Source: Leptolyngbyaceae cyanobacterium (lineage in GTDB: Bacteria > Cyanobacteriota > Cyanobacteriia > Phormidesmidales > Phormidesmidaceae). Taken from it: 64,000 nucleotides of DNA. The stretch spans positions 1,504,001-1,568,000 of the forward strand of contig CBDHHL010000056.1 of assembly GCA_965263355.1 (NCBI GenBank). The letters run 5' to 3'. The translations under genes and the position numbers were made by a program. Shown piece after piece: positions 1 through 7,484 of the stretch (the first letter of the stretch is position 1; each line of letters opens with the position of its first letter). The notes beneath the pieces are model-generated. The model made no database searches. It was given only the letters and a program-made list of their open reading frames with translations, and was not told the DNA's origin.

Positions 1-4
1 GGAT

Positions 5-2224
5 GTGGGCATGTGTCGTCTGATCCGTCATTTATCGTCTGATTTTCCCATCCATGCATCTACCCAGATGACCGTCACCTCAGCAGCCGGTGTAGAGTTT
101 GCAAAAAGTCTCGGAGCCCAGTTAGTCGTGCTGGCGCGAGAATGTTCTCTGAACGACATTGAGAAAATAAATCAACAAACAAAAGAGATTGCATTACCAC
201 TAGAAGTGTTTGTTCACGGGGCCCTATGTGTTGCTTATTCCGGCCAGTGTCTCACCAGTGAATCTCTCGGCGGTCGGTCTGCCAATCGAGGTGAATGTGC
301 CCAGGCCTGCCGTATGACCTACGATATGAAAGTTGATGGAGAACCTATCGATCTAGGAGACAAGCAATATCTTCTCAGTCCTCAAGACCTTTCGGGGTTA
401 CCTATTTTGCCAGACTTAATTAAGTCTGGGGTGAGCTGTTTAAAAATAGAAGGGCGGCTTAAAGCACCGGAATATGTGGCTAATGTCACCCGTGTCTATC
501 GACAGGCACTCGATCGGACATTGCAGACTGTTGTACCTGTTGCTATACCAGAAAACTCTTCTCTTAAGCTGGGCAATCGACCGATTTCATATCAGCCGAC
601 GGCAGATGAACGCTACAACCTGGAAATGGCCTTTTCCCGTGGTCTCTACACTGGCTGGTTCCGGGGCATCAATAATCAGGAGCTAGTCCATGGCCGGTTT
701 GCTAAGAAACGCGGTGTTTATCTAGGGGATGTAGTACGGGTCACCAAACAGCAGGTGGAGCTACAGGTTAATGGGCCAGTCAAGGCTGGGGACGGCATTG
801 TGTTTGATTCTGGACACCCTGATACGGACCAGGGAGGACGGATTTATGGGGTGGAAGCTCGGGGGCGTACGGTCTGTTTGAGTTTTGCTAAGCATGGTAT
901 TGATTTGCAGCGGATAAAACCGGGGTATAAGGTTTGGAAAACCTCTGACCCAGAGCTGGAGAAGACATTACGCCAAAGCTACAGTAGTGAGCAGCCTCGG
1001 GTGCGGCAGCCCATTGATATTGAGGTCCATGGGGAGGAGGGGGCCTCAATGGTTGCGATCGCAACCGATTCCCAGGGCCATATTGCCAGAGACACGTCTG
1101 AAAAAATTTTAGAGTTAGCGCGTAAGCAACCACTCACAACAGAACGATTAGAACAACAGCTTGGACGATTAGGAAATACGCCTTTTAAGCTAGGAAACTT
1201 GACGAATCATCTGGCTGAGGGGTTGATTTTACCGGTGAGCGAGTTGAATCGCTTACGGCGATCACTGGTAAAGCAATTATTGACGCAACGGGAACGGCCA
1301 CGGGTTTGGGCATTGGCTACAGAGCGGTCCTATGGGGATTTGTTGCCGGGTTTGGGTAGTGAAGGGGCAACTCAACCTACGTTGATTCCGCTGGTACGTA
1401 ATTTTGACCAACTCCGGACAGTATTAGAAATTGGGGTCATTACGGTGTATTGCGAGCTAGAAAATCCGGTACAGTATCGCGATGCGGTGGCACTGACGCG
1501 AGCCCTGAATCCTTCGGCAAAGCTTTATGTCGCGCCGCCGCGCATTACGAAACCGGGAGAGCAATATATTCTCAAGCAGGTGCGTCAATCAAATGCGGAT
1601 GGATATTTGGTGCGTAATTATGACCATCTAACATTTTTTGCGGATCAGCCCTGTATTGGTGACTTTTCACTGAATGTGGCAAATCCGATTACGGCGGATT
1701 ATTTTAAGCAGGCGTTTAGCCTAGAACGGCTGACGGCTAGCTATGACTTGAATGTGGCTCAGCTTTTGGATTTGCTAGAAACAACACCGGCTAGCTGGTT
1801 TGATATTACGGTGCATCAACATATGCCAATGTTCCATATGGAGCACTGTGTATTCTGTGCGTTTTTGTCAGACGGAACGGACTTTACGAACTGTGGGCGG
1901 CCCTGTGAAACCCATGAAGTGGTGTTATGCGATCGCACCGGTACAGAACATGTTCTCCAAGCTGACGCTGGCTGTCGTAACACGCTTTATAACGGTGTTG
2001 CCCAAACTGGTGCAGAATTTATTCCTCGTCTGATTGACCATGGAGCCCATCACTTTCGGATTGATTTTCTCAACGAAACACCGCATCAAGTCCAACAGAT
2101 TCTCGATTATTACCAACAGCTCCTCCAAGGGAAAATCACCGGGCGTCAACTTTGGCAAACCCTAACGATATCTAATCAACTAGGCGTTACCCGTGGCACT
2201 CTAGAAAACCGTAGATCAATATGA
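5..2224 (+). CDS. U32 peptidase-family protein, long form with DUF3656 (RlhA-like 23S rRNA hydroxylation protein); 5' end lies outside the window
   Basis: HASTQMT, VLARE, EVFVHGALCVAYSGQC, SANRGECAQACR, LKIEGRLK motifs; second degenerate U32 domain with HCVFCAFL...CGRPC; frame is open to the window edge. Confidence 0.9.
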   Translation: MGMCRLIRHLSSDFPIHASTQMTVTSAAGVEFAKSLGAQLVVLARECSLNDIEKINQQTKEIALPLEVFVHGALCVAYSGQCLTSESLGGRSANRGECAQACRMTYDMKVDGEPIDLGDKQYLLSPQDLSGLPILPDLIKSGVSCLKIEGRLKAPEYVANVTRVYRQALDRTLQTVVPVAIPENSSLKLGNRPISYQPTADERYNLEMAFSRGLYTGWFRGINNQELVHGRFAKKRGVYLGDVVRVTKQQVELQVNGPVKAGDGIVFDSGHPDTDQGGRIYGVEARGRTVCLSFAKHGIDLQRIKPGYKVWKTSDPELEKTLRQSYSSEQPRVRQPIDIEVHGEEGASMVAIATDSQGHIARDTSEKILELARKQPLTTERLEQQLGRLGNTPFKLGNLTNHLAEGLILPVSELNRLRRSLVKQLLTQRERPRVWALATERSYGDLLPGLGSEGATQPTLIPLVRNFDQLRTVLEIGVITVYCELENPVQYRDAVALTRALNPSAKLYVAPPRITKPGEQYILKQVRQSNADGYLVRNYDHLTFFADQPCIGDFSLNVANPITADYFKQAFSLERLTASYDLNVAQLLDLLETTPASWFDITVHQHMPMFHMEHCVFCAFLSDGTDFTNCGRPCETHEVVLCDRTGTEHVLQADAGCRNTLYNGVAQTGAEFIPRLIDHGAHHFRIDFLNETPHQVQQILDYYQQLLQGKITGRQLWQTLTISNQLGVTRGTLENRRSI

Positions 2225-2228
2225 CATT

Positions 2229-2244
2229 TGTGACTTAGATCACG
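2229..2244. promoter_or_regulatory. CRP-like box TGTGA-N6-TCACG (duplicated unit 1)
   Basis: TGTGActtagaTCACG; paralogous site 405 bp downstream. Confidence 0.45.
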
Positions 2245-2366
2245 TATCGAACGAATTGATATTGATGGCAAACCAGGTAAATTTTGTGGCTTAGAATACT
2301 TTTTTGATGACTCCAATTAATAAAGTAACGCTGTTTATCACGTCACTTTCAAAAGCACTTGATATC

Positions 2367-2440
2367 AATAAATAACCCCGACATTATTGCCGGGGTTGTT
2401 TACACATAGTTGGTTTCATATAAGGTGTGCCTCAAGCACA
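2367..2440 (-). ncRNA. Small RNA, copy 1 (PsrR1/SyR1-like)
   Basis: Minus strand: -10 TACATT (2446-2451), 5' hairpin TGTGC-ttgag-GCACA, linker ATATGAAACCAACTATGTGTAAAC, terminator AACCCCGGCA-ataa-TGTCGGGGTT plus T-rich tail; paralog 393 bp away. Confidence 0.65.
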
Positions 2441-2633
2441 TGTTCAATGTAATTAATTTCTGCCCCTAGCACCGTAAATACCCTATAAACTTGCTTGAAG
2501 AGTGGCTAAAGTTAGTTATTTCCTTGCTTATGCTAGCCTTGAAAGGCTGACTTATAAAGGGTTTCTCACAATGACTTGTAAATGAATCAAATTTATTTTT
2601 TATGAATTCATGGTCAACGCTAAGTGTCGTTAT

Positions 2634-2649
2634 TGTGACTTAAATCACT
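2634..2649. promoter_or_regulatory. CRP-like box TGTGA-N6-TCACT (duplicated unit 2)
   Basis: TGTGActtaaaTCACT; flanks resemble those of the 2229 site. Confidence 0.45.
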
Positions 2650-2760
2650 TATTGGAACGACTTCAATTAATGTAATCTTTCATAAGTTACGCATTTAGGT
2701 TTGACCATAAATGCACTACATATAGTATTTATCAAACTTCGTGAATTAGGATTTAAACCA

Positions 2761-2835
2761 AATAAATAACCCCGACATTGCTGCCGGGGTGGTTTAAACA
2801 TAAGGTGTTTATATAGAGTGTGTTGCAAGAACACA
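2761..2835 (-). ncRNA. Small RNA, copy 2 (PsrR1/SyR1-like)
   Basis: Minus strand: -10 TACATT (2839-2844), 5' hairpin TGTGTT-cttgc-AACACA, linker ATATAAACACCTTATGTTTAAAC, terminator ACCCCGGCA-gcaa-TGTCGGGGT plus TATTTATT. Confidence 0.65.
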
Positions 2836-3053
2836 ACCAATGTAGCCAATTTTTAGGCACATCACCGTAAAACCACCATAAAATCCCTTAAAGAGAACCT
2901 AAAGAGAATGAATTTAGGTTGGCTGATGATTTATCCATTGAATTGAGAAACGTTGGCGACGTAAAAATCTACAGACGCTAGAAGCCTATTTCCTGAAGCT
3001 TTCGAATGTTTCTCCTTAGTCCTTATGTCTTCCCTTTGATTGGCAATGTTTAA

Positions 3054-3404
3054 TCAGCCAAAGGTTCTGCCATTCCAGCCCCACATAGCACCGTCAGCGT
3101 CGGCAAATTCAATGTAGGTACGATCAGCAGGAACGCCTAAGGCTGACTGGACCTGGGCACAAAATTCCTGGCTCATTGTTTTGGTTTTGTTGCCCATGGT
3201 GCCAACGCTTTTGATTTCAATGTAGCAGGTTGGATCAGTGCTACCCCCAAAGGTCATGGGAGTACTGGGTTGAAATGCGGTCATTACGTAGGACTCTGGT
3301 TTGCCGATGTGCTTTGCCAAGCTAGCCGACAGCTGCTTAAGCATGTCTTCTACAGCACCTTTTGAAGGCGCATCAACTGATGTCTGAACTTTAATTAACG
3401 GCAT
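3054..3404 (-). CDS. MIF / phenylpyruvate tautomerase family protein
   Basis: N-terminal catalytic Pro (MPLIKVQT), GKPESYVM, YIEF...WGWNG.TF. Confidence 0.92.
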   Translation of the reverse strand: MPLIKVQTSVDAPSKGAVEDMLKQLSASLAKHIGKPESYVMTAFQPSTPMTFGGSTDPTCYIEIKSVGTMGNKTKTMSQEFCAQVQSALGVPADRTYIEFADADGAMWGWNGRTFG

Positions 3405-3738
3405 GGGTTATTTTCAGATAAACAACTAACTTGATTGTCTGAAGTAGTGGTGCCCTTTGCCAACGGAGGATATCCACACACGAGTTGTACTACTGTACAG
3501 TCAAGACTAACGTTTTCGCTCAGGCAAGTGAAGAGCTAGTGGTCTGTCAAGCCTAAGAGTTAGGATGAGACCAGTAAAAAGTGAAGAGTCAAACGAGATG
3601 AAGAGTGACGCTTTAACCTATAACCCTGGGGGCATGGCTGACGCTAGTACGCTTAATCAATATAGAATCCCAATCTTTAGCGTTGACGCTGCACTAGACG
3701 TAAAAAGTGAAAAAAGCAGGTAAGTTTGGCCTACTTAT

Positions 3739-4137
3739 CTACACCTTGACAGAAGAATTTGGAGCATATTCGAAAATCGCTCCCCCCTGTATTAGCAGCG
3801 CTCTATTTTCAGCGGAGATGCCCTGCACATTTATAAATTGAGCTAGATTGACGAGAGCACTGTTGAGTTTAGCGTTACTGAGGTCAGTATTACTGAAGTT
3901 AGCTCCTCTAAGGTCAGCGCCCCTAAGATCAGCTCCTCTGAGGTTGACGTCCTTAAAGTTAGCAAAGCTTAAATCAGCTTCCCTCAAGTCTATACTGCTG
4001 AGGTTAATTCCTGCGAGGTCAACTCCGCTAAGGTAGCCTCCTTTAAGGTTAGCTTTGCTGAGATCTATATTCTTGATAATTTTGTCGCTGACGTTTTTTT
4101 CAATAAAGTTGCCTACAATGGCTGCAATTTTGTTCAT
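3739..4137 (-). CDS. Pentapeptide-repeat protein
   Basis: A(D/N)LxG repeats (ANLKG, ADLRG, ADLRG, ANFSN). Confidence 0.8.
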   Translation of the reverse strand: MNKIAAIVGNFIEKNVSDKIIKNIDLSKANLKGGYLSGVDLAGINLSSIDLREADLSFANFKDVNLRGADLRGADLRGANFSNTDLSNAKLNSALVNLAQFINVQGISAENRALLIQGGAIFEYAPNSSVKV

Positions 4138-4396
4138 GTAAGCTAGCGTACAAGTAGTCAGCTCTGAATTTCATTCAGTATTGTAACTGAGTTAGCAGTT
4201 CTCTTGTGTATAAAAAATACTCATAATATACTCAAGAACACTCAACCGTTTGTACAGTCTTTGAACTAAACAGTGCCTAAATTTCATTTAGTGCTTTTGC
4301 ATACACTAAATAAGAGAAGAGTCAAGAGAGAAAAGACGTAATCTTCTTAACCCTTCACCTAGATTCCTACCTGATTTTTAAGTTGTATACCCTTAT

Positions 4397-4879
4397 TTAG
4401 CCACCATAGTTCCAGCCAGTGGTCGATAGCAGTAATGCATCTCCTTCACGGTGGATGCCCGCACCAATAACTTCACCGACAAAGACGGTATGGTCACCGT
4501 GTTCTACGGCACTAATGACGTTGCATTCTACGTAGCCGAGGGTGTCCTTAATAATGGGACAGCCGGTTTCAGGGCCAGGGTAGAATTCAATATCTTCAAA
4601 CTTATTACCCACGCGACGTAGGGGCTTAAAAAAGTTTTGGGCCAGGTCTTTTTGGCCGTCTTCAAGCACACTGAGGGCAAAGACACCACTGGCTTTGATC
4701 ATGGCATGGGAGGTGGAGTCAGCCTTAACGCAGTTGACCACCAGCGGTGGAGCAAAGGATGCCTGCATAACCCAGCTAGCGGTAAAGCCGTTAACCTCTT
4801 CACCGTCTTTGACACCACAGATATAAAGCGCATGGGGAATCTTGCGCAACATCGTTTTTTTGGCCTGTTCGTCAAGCAT
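4397..4879 (-). CDS. Flavin reductase-like FMN-binding protein
   Basis: NGFTASWVMQASFAPPLV, GDHTVFVGEV motifs. Confidence 0.92.
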   Translation of the reverse strand: MLDEQAKKTMLRKIPHALYICGVKDGEEVNGFTASWVMQASFAPPLVVNCVKADSTSHAMIKASGVFALSVLEDGQKDLAQNFFKPLRRVGNKFEDIEFYPGPETGCPIIKDTLGYVECNVISAVEHGDHTVFVGEVIGAGIHREGDALLLSTTGWNYGG

Positions 4880-5056
4880 GGATTCAACCCTCTTGTCTAC
4901 AACGCTTTAGTGTAGGCGAATTCCTTCTTTTTGAATATTTCTATAGAGCTATGTGGTGCCTGCTTCGAACTCATCGTAAGCAGCTGGTTTTATAGAAATC
5001 CAGTGGGTTGCTTCTAACTCAAGAGAGCAAATTAAATCAACTAACGTGGTTAGTTC

Positions 5057-5248
5057 TTGGGCATGGTCCAATTGTGGAAGATATTTGAGAATGAGTCTTT
5101 TCGCAATCAAGAAATTGACAAAAAAGAGATTTGGCTGACAACAGAGAAGATTGTCACAGCAAATCTTAAAAAGGCTAACTTGGAGCGAGCCAATCTTATA
5201 ATCTGTATGCGATCTCAATTGCAAAATGACCAAAGCTTTGAAATGTAG
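5057..5248 (+). pseudogene. Short remnant of a pentapeptide-repeat gene
   Basis: Only three repeats (ANLKK ANLER ANLII), no convincing start. Confidence 0.35.
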
Positions 5249-5346
5249 CCCATATTGAAGTTAGCGGGTTCAACAGCGGAGGCAACAGGTGTGATAGCAA
5301 CAGAAGTAAGGAGAATAGTTAAAGCAGAAAGAAGTGGGCGTTTCAT
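5215..5346 (-). CDS. 43-aa ORF consisting mostly of a Sec signal peptide (small secreted peptide or truncated gene)
   Basis: AAGGAG RBS, then MKRPLLSALTILLTSVAITPVASA|VEPANFNMGYISKLWSFCN*; below the ORF-track cutoff. Confidence 0.5.
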   Translation of the reverse strand: MKRPLLSALTILLTSVAITPVASAVEPANFNMGYISKLWSFCN

Positions 5347-5472
5347 AGTTAAAGCTCCTTAGTGAATCAGCGAAGTACTCCATTGATCACAAGAATGCCG
5401 GGGCTAGCTGAATGCTATCTAACCGATATTTGCAGGTTACTTAAGGGATTCTGAGATCAGCTGAGGCAATTT

Positions 5473-5488
5473 AGTGATGACCGTCACA
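5473..5488. promoter_or_regulatory. CRP-like box AGTGA-N6-TCACA
   Basis: AGTGAtgaccgTCACA, ~130 bp upstream of the signal-peptide ORF. Confidence 0.4.
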
Positions 5489-5593
5489 GAGGTTTGAGAG
5501 TTAATGTAGCGGTGCTGTAGGTCTTCTATAGAGAGTGATCCCCACACTTAAATGTCAGGGGATCACGACAACTAGACCATTTTTTTTTGTTCT

Positions 5594-5658
5594 GTAACTT
5601 GCAATACCCTTTGATAGGCTGTATAACGTAGTTAGCTTAAAACAGTATCAATTAATAC
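5594..5658. promoter_or_regulatory. Two NtcA-like boxes GTA-N8-TAC
   Basis: GTAacttgcaaTAC (5594-5607) and GTAtcaattaaTAC (5645-5658). Confidence 0.4.
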
Positions 5659-5856
5659 TTAATTGCCTCGGGTTTTGTGGTGAGGCAATGGTTGTGGTCT
5701 CATTCAATCTTTTTGACTACTTAGGCAAACGCTTCGGTTCTTAAGTTAACAGTTCATGTTGGCGCTTTGCACACTGTTGATGTTGCACGCCTTTTAACTG
5801 TTTTTTCTTGCTTACTGCCCGATAAAACTCAAACTAGCATCTGCTAGATTTTACTT

Positions 5857-6459
5857 ATGTCTAATTTTATCGACTCAGATTTTGTTGCACTGCATAGCCA
5901 ACATGTTCTCCAGTATGCTGATTGGATGAGCATTTCTGATCTTGCAAAGGCTGAGAATGTCTCCGAATGTTTTGATGCTTGGGATTTTGAAGATTTTCTA
6001 GGACTGGCAGTTTATTTGTTCGTTACTACTCAGTCTCAAGGTACTCGCGAAAAGCTGTCTCAGCTATTACCCAAGTTTGGTAGTGCGGCTGTTTTGCCAC
6101 TACTTAAAATTCTTGGTAGAAAAGAGACTTTCGCTAAGAAAAACATTCCCATGTTGGCACAGCACAGCCTGAATAACATGGCTCCCTACCCCTTAGCAAT
6201 TGGGCTAAATCAGGTATTAGAACAAAAGGCCCAGAATGACTTGACAGTAGTTGCATTACAGAGGCTAAGGCAGCTCCTACAGTCGTGTGAACCATCTACT
6301 TGCTTAGTGTTGTCTCAACTTATCTCAGATGCTAATTGGCAATTAGTGTCTGAGGTTGCAGTCTCCAAGTTGCCAACTTATGCGCTAGCTAATCGTAAAC
6401 AGCATAAACGTAGTTCTGAAGGCGCTGTGCTAGAGCATAGAGCTGTTCAGTGTGTGTAA
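5857..6459 (+). CDS. Hypothetical protein, HEAT/PBS-lyase-like helical repeats
   Basis: LSQLLPKFGSAAVLPLLKIL resembles a cyanobacterial HEAT-repeat helix pair. Confidence 0.6.
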   Translation: MSNFIDSDFVALHSQHVLQYADWMSISDLAKAENVSECFDAWDFEDFLGLAVYLFVTTQSQGTREKLSQLLPKFGSAAVLPLLKILGRKETFAKKNIPMLAQHSLNNMAPYPLAIGLNQVLEQKAQNDLTVVALQRLRQLLQSCEPSTCLVLSQLISDANWQLVSEVAVSKLPTYALANRKQHKRSSEGAVLEHRAVQCV

Positions 6460-6673
6460 CCCTTGACTTTGTCAAAACTCTCCCTGGTTTATCGACAAAT
6501 GAACGTCATTGATTACAAGCATACCAGGAGTGCCTGAACGCTATCTAGCTGAGCCCTACACGTTGCTCAAAGCATTTCTGAGATGGGCTGAGTAAAGTAG
6601 TTAACGGGCATCACAATACTCCCGATTAAACATGGATCAGTCCGTGGGGGCAGTCTCTGGTTCGTAGCCATAG

Positions 6674-6692
6674 AAAAGGGGCCGAAGCCCCG
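6674..6692 (-). terminator. Intrinsic terminator of the DUF2811 gene
   Basis: Minus strand GGGGC-TTCG-GCCCC-TTTT. Confidence 0.7.
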
Positions 6693-6737
6693 ATAAACTA
6701 GTAGAACTCATAGGCGTAAGCCACAAGTCTAGTTTTC

Positions 6738-6956
6738 CTAGGCCGCGCAACCAAACAAACTATCCAAGTAGAGTCTGTTCACATGGGGCTGATTCGCACC
6801 ATTTTGCATCAAAAAGAGAGAAAGCGCAGCCTGCATCACCCGCTCCTGACTCCAGAGTTCATGAGTATTCAAATACTCCTGAATAGAAATATGTAGGGAT
6901 TCAGGAATCTCGATCATCAGACTAACGGTGGTGGGTGCGGTAGTAACAGAAGGCAT
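6738..6956 (-). CDS. DUF2811 domain protein
   Basis: EIPESLH...YL..H..W.QERV..AALSLFLMQNG...RLYLDSLF; ATG start at 6956 preferred. Confidence 0.85.
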   Translation of the reverse strand: MPSVTTAPTTVSLMIEIPESLHISIQEYLNTHELWSQERVMQAALSLFLMQNGANQPHVNRLYLDSLFGCAA

Positions 6957-7253
6957 AGAGATAACCTTTTTAAAAGAAAGGACAGACACAACAAACTAGC
7001 GCTTACTTAATAAGTCTTGCCCATCCGCTGTAATACAGATACGAACAGCAGTTAGGAACACAAGGCAAAGAAGACTTAACAGGGCCGCTTTGTTCAGTGG
7101 AGCTTCATTGTGCAGGAGACAATCGCAATTCGCAATGCCTGTCAGGCTTTAGAATCTTCTAACGAGAAAAAATACCTAACGAGACCAAGCGGGCTAAGCC
7201 CATATTTTCGTTACATTTGTTGATAAATAAAGATTGATCCCCCGTTGAAAGGG

Positions 7254-7349
7254 TTTTCCACAGAATGTCTGAATGCCTTGAGCGCTCGTAAAAACTTGGG
7301 GATAACTTGACTCACCTTGGGGAAAAGTCCTAAAAAACCTTGGGGAAAA
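7254..7349. promoter_or_regulatory. Cluster of four DnaA-box-like 9-mers
   Basis: TTTTCCACA (7254-7262); on the minus strand TTATCCCCA (7297-7305), TTTTCCCCA (7318-7326) and TTTTCCCCA (7341-7349). Confidence 0.5.
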
Positions 7350-7484
7350 CCCGTTCTATTGTTAAGAAAAAAAAAGTAGTGAATTTATGCAGCTCAGTCT
7401 TAATTTGTGAACGGTTTTTGACTCTATAACCCTTGTCTAGTAATGGTTTACTGTCTCAGCTAACCATCCTTTAGTCTAATTGTC

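Noticed and set aside
2367..2835. Duplicated hairpins as a CRISPR array or as simple terminators of flanking genes
   Set aside because: 393-bp period, and conservation extends through linker, 5' hairpin and promoter, which fits sRNA genes
2667..2849. 60-aa minus-strand ORF
   Set aside because: Starts inside the sRNA promoter, crosses the terminator, and the paralogous unit shows no equivalent ORF
3565..3723. 52-aa + strand ORF MRPVKSEES...
   Set aside because: No recognisable motif; cannot be supported from sequence alone
4205..4245. NtcA box upstream of the pentapeptide gene
   Set aside because: Spacer is 7 nt, not 8; the nearby (T/C)ACTCA repeats are too short to call
7254..7349. Chromosomal origin (oriC)
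   Set aside because: Only one perfect box and no dnaA/dnaN nearby; kept only as a regulatory candidate
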